Shown: positions 31,003-43,698 of the stretch, piece after piece | How the letters are laid out: each line of letters opens with the position of its first letter | How positions within the stretch are numbered: position 1 is the stretch's first letter | Source: Amoebidium appalachense | Lineage: Eukaryota > Protista > Ichthyosporea | Assembly: GCA_963693365.1 (NCBI GenBank) | Contig: CAVNZM010000016.1 | Coordinates: 398,595 to 462,594 of the forward strand | Length of the DNA stretch: 64,000 bases | Reading direction: 5' to 3' | The notes under the pieces: model-generated | Seen by the model: the letters and a program-made list of their open reading frames with translations, nothing else | Databases searched by the model: none | What the model was told of the DNA's origin: nothing | Made by a program: the position numbers and the translations under genes

Positions 31003-31554
31003 CTACGTGCAGCCCCATCCCACCACACTTTCCATCCGTGCTTTTTGAAAATGCGACAAATCTGGAACTCCCCCCGGCAAAGTACCCGCCACGGCAGGTA
31101 TGTAACTGTAGTCGTTACTGCCAGGATACAGAGAAATGCGACTGAGCTTCACCGCCCAACCCTCACTCGAAAACGGATGATAGCTGTGAAGATCATAAAT
31201 CTTCCATCGAGGACCACCAAATCTGAGAATCCAGGCTACAACTGCCGGGATGCCCATGTCGTTTTCGAATTTGTGTAGGTTATAGTTCTTCCTGTAACTA
31301 CGACGCCCGTCGTCCAGTTCAATCAAAAAAACATAAACATGTTCTGAACCCGTTGGCATCACCAAATATATGATCGGTGCGAGCTTTTTTTTTTGAGGAT
31401 GACGATAAATACTCTGACGTGTGAGTAGCCTTTGACCGGTAAATAAAACTGACGGATCAACGTCGTTCGAAAGCCTAAATGTGGGTGGGTCGAGTGGTAT
31501 GGTGCTCGGGAATGCACGAGTGATGAGCGCCAGAATATTGCCGTTAACAGCCAT
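31003..31554 (-). CDS. Hypothetical ORF, possibly a 5' exon of the JmjC gene
   Basis: About 183 codons of non-repetitive sequence (MAVNGNIL...) on the same strand upstream of the JmjC exons. Confidence 0.35.
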   Translation of the reverse strand: MAVNGNILALITRAFPSTIPLDPPTFRLSNDVDPSVLFTGQRLLTRQSIYRHPQKKKLAPIIYLVMPTGSEHVYVFLIELDDGRRSYRKNYNLHKFENDMGIPAVVAWILRFGGPRWKIYDLHSYHPFSSEGWAVKLSRISLYPGSNDYSYIPAVAGTLPGGVPDLSHFQKARMESVVGWGCT

Positions 31555-31669
31555 GTTGCTGTATGTGTTTTTGTGATGTGTGTAATTGTGAGCACCCTCT
31601 GCCTGTAAGACTGTCTGTGAGAGCGCTCTGTCTGTGTGATTGTGCCACCGTGTTGTAGCGCTCGTGCTT

Positions 31670-31882
<213 letters not shown>

Positions 31883-33469
31883 AATCGTTCCTAGGAAAGC
31901 TCGTGCATGCGCGCGCTATGTTTTTTGTGTCCAGTCTAACAATGTTTGTGTTTAGCAGAACTCGTTTGTGTGTGTGCTCTGTTTTCGTATCCCAAACAAT
32001 CTAAGATTGTGTGCATAAGCCTAAAATGTGCCTCGCACAGGGAAACATGAAGGAAATTCTATGTATCTGTATTGGCTAAAAAAGGGGACAACTGATAGCG
32101 CGGTGTGCACAGGTTATTATAACAAGTTTCTTTGTTGTTCTCGTTCTGTTTTTGGCAATCTAGCCTATTTGTAATTACAATGGAAACATGTACAACAGCA
32201 GCGCCGGGCGAAAGTGACACGAACTGGTGTGGTGCGCTTGATTATGTTTGAAACATGCACAACAGCAGCGCTGGGCGAAAGTGACACGAATTGGTGTGGC
32301 GCGCTTGGTTATATTTGTTCGTTCGGGAATCAAGATGGACTCTTGTAATTTCTCCGTTGTATATAGGGGTTTACACACTTTTTATATATATAGAGCGCAA
32401 AGAGAGTGTTGAACATATATTCTCATTTCGCAAAGCTTGAAGCAAGCAAGAAAATCACGTCATTGATGACTGGCCAATTAATGTTTTGTTCGGTTTGGCC
32501 AATGGAATCACTGATTGGCGCGTACGTGATAATAAGCTAATCAGTGAGATCGGCTAATAATAGTTTGGGTAGCAGGCCAGCCTGCCCAACCAAGACCCTT
32601 TTGCGAAGTAACAATTGTGATTTATTCTAATAGGCAATATATATTAAAAATGCATAATTTATTTATGTTTATTTATACTTTACGCGGACACAGACATTTG
32701 CTTGGAACTTTGTCTGGAAAGGGTCCTGTGAATCTGATCTTCGAAAAGCGTTGCAGCCTTGAGTCACGGCGTATTGACCAACTAGATTGTACCAATGCCG
32801 ACAAGCGCTTGCCTAGAGTACCAGTGCTCGATCACTTTGAACACGACCCAACCATTATTCACCAATCACCGATTGGTTTTGTTGGCTGGCGCATGTACGT
32901 GATGACTGGCCAATGAAATTAGTGACTGATAGCAGCACCGACCCTGGAGCGTTATGACTGAGCAAGGAATAAGGGAAATCCTAAAAGAGGGTTATATGTT
33001 ATATGACATATAAGGTTCTAGAAATAAACAACCATGCGCTTGGGATTTTGGTTGGAAAGCGTTTTGTATTTGCCCAATTTGAATCCGATGCTTCGATTTC
33101 GGTCAATCAGATTACCCTGAGCATCAGCGCCGCGAATCACGTGGGGCAAAGAACCAACCCCTATGCACCAATCAAAACGCTTGCACGCAAAAAGGCCCGC
33201 GAATAAGATGTTGTGAAAGCGTATATCCTTCGATGTTTTAAACTAGCGCTCGTTTTGTCCTGTATATTATATTTTTATTTCGTATATTCATCTTTTTTAT
33301 ACAGTTTACCTGTGAACCAAACACGATTAGAGATATATTCACTAACAGCGCCAAAAAGTTCTGTTTTTCTTATGCTTGATTCTCGTAACATAAGATCGTA
33401 TTTTGCGCAATGGCTTCATATAAATAATTGATGGCGCTTCACAGCGCGCCTGTCATTTTCTACTTTTCT

Positions 33470-33760
33470 GATTCTTTTGTTCATGGCTGTGTTTGCACAC
33501 GACGGTGTTTGCCTAGAGAAACGTAACACTCTCTTTTTTTTTTCTTTTTCTCTTGTTCACGACTGGGTTTGCACACGACTGTGTTTGCGCAGAGAAACGT
33601 AACACTCTTTTTTTTTTACTTTTTCCTTTGTTCACAACAGAGAATCGTATTCGTAGCACTTCCTTTTTTTTCCTTTTTCTCTTGTTCACGACTGGGTTTG
33701 CACACGACTGTGTTTGCGCAGAGAAACGTAAGACTTCCTTTCTTTTTTTCCCTTTGCTTA
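33470..33760. repeat. Short tandem repeats
   Basis: TTGTTCACGACTGGGTTTGCACACGACTGTGTTTGCGCAGAGAAACGTAA, 2-3 copies. Confidence 0.8.
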
Positions 33761-33786
33761 TCCTTTTTTTTGTGAAAACTGTCACG

Positions 33787-35137
33787 ATGGATTATTCCCA
33801 GCAAACTCCCGGGTCGGGGTCATACGTTATCCCCGAATCCGACATCAGCAAGTCCGCCGACCCCGTCGTATTGGAAACCCTCCCCACATCCAAAACCCCC
33901 CCACACTCCGGCGGCCATACCCTCCCCACATCCAAAACCCCCCCACACTCCGGCGGCCATACCCTCCCCACATCCAAAACCCCCACACACTCCGGCGGCG
34001 AAACCCCCCCCCCATCCAACAACCCCCCACACCCCGGCGACACCATCGTATCCAAGCCCCCCCAGTCGGTATCCGCTGCTCCCGTCGATCCAAAAATGTT
34101 CGAAGAGTACTTGGAGACTGTGTTGAAGTCGAAAGTAGACAGTGCCATTGCCTCTGCATTGGCAAAGGTCGGTACTGCGACCACTGCACCCGCTGTCACC
34201 ACCCCAACCACCGAATTGCAGGAGAAGCTGGAAGCCGCAGAGAAAGAATTACAAACGAAGGATCACGACATCCAAATCCTTAAGGAGGAAATTGCCGAGC
34301 TAAAATCGGCGGCGGCCAAACAAAAACACCTTGCAGATGCAAAGGAACAGGTGTTAACGGAAAAGAATCGGGACCTCGAAGGGCAGCTTGTTAGAAAGGT
34401 GGCCGAGATCCTGGAACATCAGACTGAAAGGGAAACATACCGGGCCGATGTTGCCAGGCTTCAGTCGCATATTGCTACCATGAGGGAGTCATACCGTAGA
34501 ACAATCGACGAGAGCACACAGAAACTTCGTGGGTGGAAAGATGACCCCCAGCCCCTCCCCGACATTACCATCCAACACGGTCTCGCCCCCCCTCCCCCCC
34601 CCCTGGTACGACCAATCAAAATCCCATCCCCACCCCCTCCCCCCACCCGGTACCACTCAACCCAAAACCCCCCTCAACCTCCCCCTGCCCCTTCTCGCCC
34701 TCCCCCCACCCGGTTTCCCCTCTGTCATGCCCGTACCCCCCTTCAATCCGTCCCTCGCCGCCGTTACCAGCACTTTTTCCCAATCCCGCACTCTGCAAAA
34801 CAAAACATCTTTTGGTGCCTCTCTTCCCTCCATGATGTCGAACCCCCCTGCATTTTCCCAGGGTTCAAAGAGAGGAGTGTCAGATATTTCTTTCGATGCG
34901 TACAAACGGCAGCGCCAGGAAGAGACGGAATTTGAGACGGCAATAGATGAGGAATTGGAGGACATGATCGGTATGGGCGAGAAGGTCGAGGGGAAGAAAG
35001 GGAAAGAACGTGGTCGAGCAAGGAAACCAAAACCGAGTCAGAAACCAGCCCCTGCCCGCAGTGGCAGGACACGAGCAAAGCAAGTTTCAGATGTACATGT
35101 TATTCACGGGGACAGTGATGAAAACGAACAAGAATAG
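33787..35137 (+). CDS. Intronless Pro-rich/coiled-coil protein; frameshift in poly-C near 34630
   Basis: MDYSQQ..., TLPTSKTPPHSGGH x3, heptad coiled coil; continues in ORF 34529-35137 with a basic, NLS-like tail. Confidence 0.6.
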
Positions 35138-35409
35138 GAGGTTGGGAGTGGTGAGGGGTGTGTTTTGATTTTGTTGTATGTGTCAGGGGCTGGGGTATTT
35201 TAATATATGACTGTTGATACTGGTAACATCTTACGGTTTCTGTATTTATGTTAACGAGCATCTTATGGATCATAGCATGTAGGCATCTTGTTTTTTCTGG
35301 TTCTGGATGGTTTAGTATCTTGTGGTTATTATATATGTACAAGTCTTGTTTTGCTGTTTTCAACCGATTAAATATCGATTGTATACAAAGAAGTCCAGGT
35401 CCCTTTTGG

Positions 35410-36190
35410 TACACACTTGCTTTTCAGGTCTATTGCATGCACGTTCAAAGTCTCCCCCCCCCCCCCCCCCACCCCACCCCACACTCCCTCATGCATGCAT
35501 GCCCGTGTGGCACACAGTTTGTGTGCTTTCATAAGTCTATTGCATGCACGTTCAAAGTCTCCCCCCCCCCCCCCCCCCCCCCACCCCACCCCACACTCCC
35601 TCATGCATGCATGCCCGTGTGGCACACAGTTTGTGTGCTTTCATAAGTCTATTGCATGCACGTTCAAAGTCTCCCCCCCCCCCCCCCCCCCCCACCCCAC
35701 CCCACCCCACACTCCCTCATGCATGCATGCCCGTGTGGCACACAGTTTGTGTGCTTTCATAAGTCTATTGCATGCACGTTCAAAGTCTCCCCCCCCCCCC
35801 CCCCCCACCCCACCCCACACTCCCTCATGCATGCATGCCCGTGTGGCACACAGTTTGTGTGCTTTCATAAGTCTATTGCATGCACGTTCAAAGTCTCCCC
35901 CCCCCCCCCCCCCCCACACTCCCTCCCATGCATGCATGCCCGTGTGGCACACAGTTTGTGTGCTTTCAAAAGTCTATTGCATGCACGTTCAAAGTCTCCC
36001 CCCCCCCCCCCCCACCCCACACTCCCTCATGCATGCATGCCCGTGTGGCACACAGTTTGTGTGCTTTCATAAGTCTATTGCATGCACGTTCAAAGTCCCC
36101 CCCCCACCCCACACTCCCTCATGCATGCATGCCCGTGTGGCACACAGTTTGTGTGCTTTCATAAGTCTATCGATGTATATTGCATGCACG
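35410..36190. repeat. ~110-bp tandem repeat x7 with variable poly-C
   Basis: GTCTATTGCATGCACGTTCAAAGTCTCCC...GTGTGCTTTCATAA repeated. Confidence 0.9.
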
Positions 36191-36199
36191 TTTAAAGTA

Positions 36200-36600
36200 T
36201 TTATTTCCCCTCTTTTTGCACACACAGCTTTGCACACACAGCAACTGTCTTTTTATTGTATCCACTTTGGGTATGAAGCGCTGGCGCTGGGATTGTCGTA
36301 TACTCCACTTTGGGTCTTTTTGTATGCAGCGCTTATTTCCCCTCTTTTTGCACACACAGCTTTGCACACACAGCAACTGTCTTTTTATTGTATCCACTTT
36401 GGGTATGAAGCGCTGGCGCTGGGATTGTCGTATACTCCACTTTGGGTCTTTTTGTATGCAGCGCTTATTTCCCCTCTTTTTGCACACACAGCTTTGCACA
36501 CACAGCAACTGTCTTTTTATTGTATCCACTTTGGGTATGAAGCGCTGGCGCTGGGATTGTCGTACACTCCACTTTGGGTCTTTTGTATGCAGCGCTGGCG
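36200..36600. repeat. ~132-bp tandem repeat x3
   Basis: TTATTTCCCCTCTTTTTGCACACACAGC...TGTATGCAGCGC repeated. Confidence 0.9.
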
Positions 36601-36619
36601 CGGTGACATGTCAATCGGA

Positions 36620-36963
36620 TTAAAAGTCCGAGTGACTTGTTTGTCTCAGAGTGGTGTCGTACTCCGCAGCACCCGTCTTCTTATTGAAATAGTATATGAC
36701 TGCATACATCAATGGTGTAACCAATAAACATGTGAGGACAATAGCAGCGCTGACGTACACCAGATACATTTTGTTCACTTTCTCTCTAGCATTCGGTTCG
36801 GACTTCATTAAATTGTACCAGTGTATATTTGCAACGACACTGCATATAGATATCACATAAAGAATGCCTGTGGTGACCGTGCTGTCGAACATGTACGTGT
36901 ACCTCACAAAACTTTCAGTATCCGACGTGTTACACCCCAAAAGTGACCTCTCTGAGATCTTGC
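36620..36963 (-). CDS. Probable terminal exon of a membrane protein
   Basis: Acceptor TTACAG near 36964, two hydrophobic helices, stop at 36620. Confidence 0.4.
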
Positions 36964-37717
36964 CTGTAACAAACGCTTGATGCCGTGTTGTCTCAGTTGC
37001 TCTTGTGTTTTACCAGTACCCCTCTCTCCAAAAGTACTCGCTGTCATGTGCTGAGCTGATTCGTATTAGTTTGCTTCTATAATTCGTGTTTTGGTGAGTG
37101 AATTTCGGGGGTTTTCTTGCATAGTGATGCCGGGGTCTAAGTGGGGTATGAGGAGATTAATCAGTGGTATGGGGAGAACCTGATGCGGCGGCGGCTGATT
37201 GTTAAAGGTGCGCGCGTGCATGCACCATGCCTCTGCGTACTCTCCATGTTAAATGTTGTATTGCTTCTTGCTGTGTGCTTGGCGAGACCCATGTTGCCTG
37301 CTCGCGTGTGTGTATGCTTATATGTATTGTGAGTAAACGTGTGTACGTGTTGTAGTGCTGTAGGGGTGTCTGAGGTGGCGGTAGCCAATGGTGTGGAGTG
37401 CGTGTAGTCTGTGGGGGAGGGAGTGTTGTGATTGGCTGAATGTCACTGTGGTATTTGTCTGGCCAGTGGGCCGCGTGTCTGTGAAGTGTCTCGCGGGGTC
37501 GCGGGCTTTTGGAAGTTCTTCTGAGAACACGAAAAACTCGCTTCCCACCCAACTCAAAGAAAAGTTTATACGTATACACGGTTTCGAGCCCCTTTAAGCG
37601 TGCAGATAGTTAGAGTAGTTGGTATACACTCTGGTTGTTGCCACGACACTCGCTTTTACTTTTTGTCTCACTTCACCCCAATCCAAGAACAGTGCACACC
37701 AAAACAAAACACTAGAA

Positions 37718-38200
37718 ATGGGAGACGCACTTTTGCGCCCCGATTCGGTTGACCCCGAACGATGCCCTGCATTTGCACCCTCAAAAAAAGCCCAGTGCAA
37801 AAACAAAAAGAAAACATGCCCATACCACAAGGACGGCTTCAAGCCCTGGGTATGCTTTGCCCCTGCCACCGGTGTCCTCCTCTACAGCGACAACACCATC
37901 AACATCCTCCACACCCACAAGGCCGGGGACTATGCTCATGCAAACCTCCTGCTGGACGACCTCGTGGCCGCCTTTACAGTCGCAGAAATACAGCGCCCTC
38001 GCACTGAGCGCACCGGGGTACCCGTGCCAACTGTGTCCACTCCGGATCCACCCATGGGTGCACCACAGCCACCGGTTGTAGCTGCAGCAGTGGGTGTGGG
38101 CAGGGAAAATGGGTACTGCCAGGGCAAAACCAAGGCTGGCAATCCCTGCAAAAACAGGGTGAAATCTACGACCCATTGCCATAAGCACAAGCCCACATAA
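37718..38200 (+). CDS. Small protein with two C-C-C-H zinc-knuckle-like motifs (DUF5763-like)
   Basis: CPAFAPSKKAQCKNKKKTCPYH and CQGKTKAGNPCKNRVKSTTHCHKH; intronless. Confidence 0.65.
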   Translation: MGDALLRPDSVDPERCPAFAPSKKAQCKNKKKTCPYHKDGFKPWVCFAPATGVLLYSDNTINILHTHKAGDYAHANLLLDDLVAAFTVAEIQRPRTERTGVPVPTVSTPDPPMGAPQPPVVAAAVGVGRENGYCQGKTKAGNPCKNRVKSTTHCHKHKPT

Positions 38201-38656
38201 AAAACCAACCCCCCCCCCCCCCCAGCCCCCCTGCCCCCCCTCCTGCCGGAACCAAACCCCCCAGTGGTGGCAGTGAGTGTCTTAATATGCATACATATTA
38301 TTTATCCACGCTGTGAGTGGCTCGCCAGTCTCGCCAGCCCCCCCCCCCAGCCCCCCTGCACGTGTGCCCCCCAGCCCCCCAGCGCTGCCCCCCCCCAGCC
38401 CCCTGCACGTGTGCCCCCCAGCCCCCCTGCTCACGCCCCCCCCCCCCCAGCCTCCCCTGCTCGTGTGCCCCCCCCCCTGCCCCCCCTGCTGCCGGAACCA
38501 GGCCCCCAGTGGTGCCATGGTTCCCCCCCCCCCCCCCAGCCCCCCCTGCACGTGTGCCCCCCCTGCCCCCCCCTCCCCCCCCCCCCCCTGCCCCCCTCCT
38601 GCCGGAACCAGGCCCCCCAGTGGTTGCAGTGAGTGTCTTAATATGCATACATATTA

Positions 38657-38853
38657 GGGGGTTTACGCTGTTTACTCGAGGCAAAGAGAACCAGTCTCAG
38701 GTATGGGGGGGGGGGGTTTTGCTCGGAATATCCCCTCAGCGGTATATCATGATCACGTACATAGATGTCGGGTGGTGACTATATATCAGGGTTTACTTTC
38801 TCTACGAGACACCATAAAGACTACAAGGAGAAATCAATTAGTTGGGGTTCCCC

Positions 38854-38902
<49 letters not shown>
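38657..38902 (-). mobile_element. Short retro-insertion (poly-A plus ~200-bp terminal module) with 9-bp TSD
   Basis: TSD TACATATTA at 38648-38656 and 38902-38910; empty site in the sister repeat at 38292; the module recurs at 43373 and 47761. Confidence 0.8.
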
Positions 38903-38905
<3 letters not shown>

Positions 38906-40003
38906 TATTATTTATCCACGCTGTGAGTGGCTCGCCAGTCTCGCCTGCTCCTCTGCCTCCTCTGCCTCCCCCCTCCCCCCTGCCCCCCTGCCCCCCCTCC
39001 TGCCGGAACCAGGCCCCCCAGTGGTGGCATTCCCCCAGCGGTGCCATGGTTCCCCCACTCTCCCCAGCCTCCTGTGCACGTGTGCCTCCCCCGACCCCCT
39101 GCCTCCCCTGCACGTGTGCCCCCCCTGCTGCCGGAACCACGGCCCCCAGTGGTGGCAGCCAGTGCCTTACATGCTAATCTATTCTATGGCCACATGGCCA
39201 GATGGCCAGATTGTTTTGACTTCAGGTGGATCCCCCCCCCCCTGCTCACAGACTGAATTTGATCTGGCCATCTGGCCATCTGGGTATAAACCGTTTTCTG
39301 TTCTAATATTGGAGAACTGTCGATAGTGATAGAAAATGTCATTGGAAGAACAATCGGGAAATCCCGCGGTGTGACAACCAATCAGAATGAAGCAAGAAGG
39401 GTGACAGACGAGCATGTGATTGGATGGCAAAGCCAATGAGCGCTTTGATTGGCGTTAATTACTAGCGTCTGGATTGGGGGAAAGGCACCAATCATATTTG
39501 TGATTGGCACTCCAATTTGTAGGGTTTCAAATGTAGTCATATGGGGCCATCCGATAGTGCACTTAAGCTTCAGAAAGACGTGAAAATAGTTCTGGAGTTT
39601 TTGGATTTGGAAGTGACAAGGTTTGATGGTGGCGCTTATAGGTTAGCTGTATGAAAATACAAAGCATTTATTTTTCATTATGTATATTTCATTATTGACT
39701 TTTTTCTTTTTTGGAATCCAGCAAGCTTGGGGCACCATACTTTTCTATGCACACCCATCCGGCTCTGACGCAAAATCCGTGGGAATCATTGAAATGATTC
39801 CTAACCCCTTGCTAATGGGTTCTCTTTAGATCACACATTCTTCATTTTACAAGGGGGAGTCGAGAAAATGAGCATTTACATTTGATTGATTGATTCCTAC
39901 ATAGCAAAATTTGCTTACCTTGTGATTGTCCCCCTTTTCGAAAGGCCTTCCCATATTTCCTGGGGGGGAATGTGCTGTTTATTGCGAACTTCTTTCGGAC
40001 TAA

Positions 40004-40030
40004 GGGGTTTACACACTTTTTTTTTTTTTT
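40004..40030 (-). mobile_element. 27-bp insertion GGGGTTTACACAC(T)14 with TSD
   Basis: GGACTAA at 39997-40003 and 40031-40037. Confidence 0.65.
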
Positions 40031-40263
40031 GGACTAAGCAACAAAACTGAACGTGCAACCATCACACCGTAGTGATGATGAGGCTGGGCATCCAACACAC
40101 ATGACACGAACATATCACACCAGCTGCAGTCACCAGTGACCACACACACAAATAGTTGTAATTTCTTATTTCACTTCATATTCTCTAGCTTTCGTGTTCT
40201 TCAACAGGCGTTAACTCAAGCCTTGACACCGTGTGACATCGTGCACAGCTTAAAGATTGCACG

Positions 40264-41862
40264 ATGAGTCGTAAAGCGCGTTCTCTCTCATGGAGTAGGA
40301 GCTCTTCGGCTCGCTCTGCAAGTGGAAACACCACAACCGCACGCAGTGAAGCCCCAGACAATACAATGCAAACGGTAGACGAGTTAGACTTCAACATCAA
40401 CAATTCGTCTATAGATGCCATTCCTACTAATGACATAACAGACGGAGAAAACTTAGTTGCTTTGAGGTCACAGCAGCACCCTTTTTTTAAGGAAGAAAAG
40501 AAAACCAGTGAGGAGACAGCGCAAACTGACGAAATCGTTCAAATTCCCATTGAACCTGAGATTGAGCACGACGACTTTACTGTCCCCAGAACGACACAAC
40601 CAAGTCTGCCCGAGTGTGTCGACGTGAGAAATGCGAGCAGTACCGATAGCTCAACTGGAGGAGGTATCCCCATGCACGAAGTGAACGACCATGCAAACAA
40701 ACCAGCCTTGGTAGGAACGAAGAAAGTTGCAGTCGTGACGACACGAGAGCTTGTCATTGCTAGTCCTTACGAGGCACACACCGCTGCTGTTTTCGGCGCC
40801 ATGTTGCTGGTTTTCGGCACTCTCGAAATCCTTTTCCTGTATTTATGTTTGCAGGTTACACCAACAGCCCCCATAGTACGCGCGAAAGACGCAGGGAAAC
40901 GGCTCATGAGCGCATACTTCGCACTTATAAACAGCAAGAATGCAACCATGGCTGAGAGGGTGGTAATGGCGAAGGATCTGAGAGAGTCGGGGTTAAGATT
41001 CAATTCTGAGACTGCTGCGGCAAAGGAAGAGGGGTGGCAAATATTTATCTACGAGTGCATCTTTTATGGCATCAGTTGGCTTGTGGTTGCCACCGTCATT
41101 GCTATTGTAATTAGATTCCGCAAGCATAAGGCCGTTAAGTCTCGGGGCCGTGCATACCTTGTTCAAGTCCTTTCCGGATTGACTGGCGGTCTGACGTGCG
41201 CTTTCTTCATGTCTGCCACATTTTCACTCGTTTTTCACACCTTTCCGGATGCTATGGATATTCGAAATGCGGAGACACTGCAACACATGAATACAGAGCT
41301 GGCAAACACGCTTCTGGCTGTGATTCTCCTCGGGTTTCTGTTTATATGTATGTATTCTTCCGCTGCTTTGCAACGTCAAAGAATTATTTATCTCATATTC
41401 AACAAAACGCTTCAGACACGTTCTTTAAAATTTATCAGCCTTCCCTTCATAGTTCTAAACTTGGTTGTATACACGATCACGGTTACGACGTTTTCGCTAT
41501 GGAGATGGAAGTCTGACTTCGACCCGACGGATGCAGCCTGGGGGATATCTTGTGGTTATATTTGGTTATTCACATATGTGGCGATATTCCTCTTCTATAC
41601 CTGGAAGACACGAGGTGCCCACCTTCAATTTTCAGATTACAGTGCAAATATTCGTTGTGTTCTGCTGAATACAAGTGTGTTTTTGATTCTTTTTGTGTAC
41701 CAGTCTTTTCACTCAACTTCAGTTATTGGGCAGAGTATTGGGTTTTCCTCGTGCAGTCGGTTGGCCGTAAATGTGCACTTGATAGACGTGGTTGCTGGTC
41801 AGGTTTTAAAGCATTTCTATGGGCCTGGTAAACCCTTGACTGTGCGTAGTGTTTCTGTGTAG
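40264..41862 (+). CDS. Intronless multi-pass (~7 TM) membrane protein
   Basis: 532 aa; disordered N-terminus followed by about 7 hydrophobic segments. Confidence 0.75.
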   Translation: MSRKARSLSWSRSSSARSASGNTTTARSEAPDNTMQTVDELDFNINNSSIDAIPTNDITDGENLVALRSQQHPFFKEEKKTSEETAQTDEIVQIPIEPEIEHDDFTVPRTTQPSLPECVDVRNASSTDSSTGGGIPMHEVNDHANKPALVGTKKVAVVTTRELVIASPYEAHTAAVFGAMLLVFGTLEILFLYLCLQVTPTAPIVRAKDAGKRLMSAYFALINSKNATMAERVVMAKDLRESGLRFNSETAAAKEEGWQIFIYECIFYGISWLVVATVIAIVIRFRKHKAVKSRGRAYLVQVLSGLTGGLTCAFFMSATFSLVFHTFPDAMDIRNAETLQHMNTELANTLLAVILLGFLFICMYSSAALQRQRIIYLIFNKTLQTRSLKFISLPFIVLNLVVYTITVTTFSLWRWKSDFDPTDAAWGISCGYIWLFTYVAIFLFYTWKTRGAHLQFSDYSANIRCVLLNTSVFLILFVYQSFHSTSVIGQSIGFSSCSRLAVNVHLIDVVAGQVLKHFYGPGKPLTVRSVSV

Positions 41863-42297
41863 TTTTCCCTGAACGAATGGTTGCTGAAATTACTTTTTTT
41901 TTGAGGGGGCCGTACGTATTGAATGTGATGTGAAAAATCGAAGCAAAGCAAGATGATTGATCACGAGAATGTTGCTATTGTGTTACAGGTGTACAAACAG
42001 CGACTAAAATTAGGTAGAAGAAACCATGCATTCGATAAATGTAGTATTTAGGTAGAAGAAACCATGAAAAATGTAGAACATACGATGTTGAATCACTCGA
42101 ATTCATTGTATGCCATGATGCAAATTGGATTGATTAGGCTCGTTGCTAAGAATGACTGAGTAAGAGTGGCGTTGTGCTGGACACAACACTGTAAGTTAAT
42201 ACGTGCATGATGAAATGAAAGAAGACAAAGAAGATGCTTTATTATTAAAAACGGTGCAATACTGGATGTTTTATCCTGTTTTTTCCAGACTGGAAGA

Positions 42298-42404
42298 AGG
42301 TGTGCTCGCTCGAGCTCGAGCGTTGTTTCCGAAACTGGGGGAGGGTGGCCTTTTTTTAACCTTAAACCGTCCCCCCGTCTCTCCCGAGACTAAATCGAAC
42401 CTCG

Positions 42405-42450
<46 letters not shown>

Positions 42451-42618
42451 TTTCATATGTGTGCTATATCAGTACTGTATATAAACATTAGTAAGATCTG
42501 AAGGACTTCACGGTGTGCTCGCTCGAGCTCGAGCTTTGTTTCCGAAACTGAGGAAGGGTGGCACTTTTTTGAACCTTAAACCCTCCCCCCGTCTCTCCCG
42601 AGACTAAATCGAACCTCG

Positions 42619-42650
<32 letters not shown>

Positions 42651-42716
42651 TTCATATGTGTGCTATATCAGTACTGTATATAAACATTAGTAAAATCTGA
42701 AGGACTTCAAACCCCA
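42298..42716. repeat. ~210-bp tandem duplication
   Basis: GGTGTGCTCGCTCGAGCTCGAGC...TCTGAAGGACTTCA twice. Confidence 0.85.
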
Positions 42717-43372
42717 AACATCCCCCCTCCCCATCTCCGGTACTCAACTAAGCACCGAAACCCCCCTCCCCCCCCCCCCCCCCCCCCCCCCCCTCCGCCC
42801 AAAGTTCCCGACTGCTCCCCTCATTATCAATCGAGTTCTCTCTCTCTCTCTCTCTATAGTCATGCATGCACTCCGACTAGTTCTGTCGGCTCTCTTGGCT
42901 GCTCTCTGTAGTTTTCTCGAGACTATAATAGGCTCTCCCCGATCGATCAGCATGGGTTACGGCCAATCTCGAGGGTGTACATGCACGCATGTCTCCCCTA
43001 CAGGTGCGATGCACTCTTTCTCCATCCTTGTAGGGGAGCAATTACAATAAACTAACAATCCCGGACAGCCCCAGATCCCTCTATCAGATATATCTCTCCC
43101 TATCTCTCTCAGCGGGGCTCTCTGAGTCTCGCTCAGCCCGACTCTGTGTGCCTCTAGATCTCCCCCCCCCCCTCCCCCCTCCTTCCCCCCTCTGTCGCAC
43201 CAAGGCTTGAGCAGGGCTGTTCTGATCCCAATCCCAATTGCAACTTCTCTCTCACTTTCCCTCAGCTGAAAACAAAGCTTCGCTCTCTCGCTCTCTGCAG
43301 TGAATCACACTCAACTCCTTCCGTGGCTCTTGCCGAGCTCTTGCGATTGCCCTCAGCTCTCTAGATCTCTCT

Positions 43373-43649
43373 GGGGGGGTTTATGCTGTTTACTCGAGGC
43401 AGCGAGAGACCAGTCTCAGGTATGGGGGAGGTTTGCTCGGAATATTCCCTCAGCGGTATATCATGATCACGTACATAGATGTCGGGTAACGTTTATATAT
43501 CAGGGTCTACTTGCTCTACGAGGCACCATAAAGACTAAGAAAAATCAATTAGTTGGGTTCCCCTTTTATTTTATTTTTATTTTTACTTAATTTTTTATTT
43601 ATTTATTTTTTTCCGGGCTCCCCTGGGACACTCGGTATCAGCTGGTTGT

Positions 43650-43698
<49 letters not shown>

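Noticed and set aside
35410-36190. CRISPR-like array
   Set aside because: The variable parts are only poly-C length differences, there are no unique spacers and no cas genes. The same applies to the arrays at 20910, 21470, 24292, 25900 and 27960.
38657-38854. Hammerhead ribozyme, Penelope pLTR or tRNA-derived SINE in the 200-bp module
   Set aside because: No CTGANGA...GAAA core or clear A/B boxes were found by eye, and the associated RT motif is LINE-type.
39188-39285. Short inverted repeat TGGCCAGATGGCCAGAT
   Set aside because: Single small instance with no TSD or further copies; a MITE cannot be supported.
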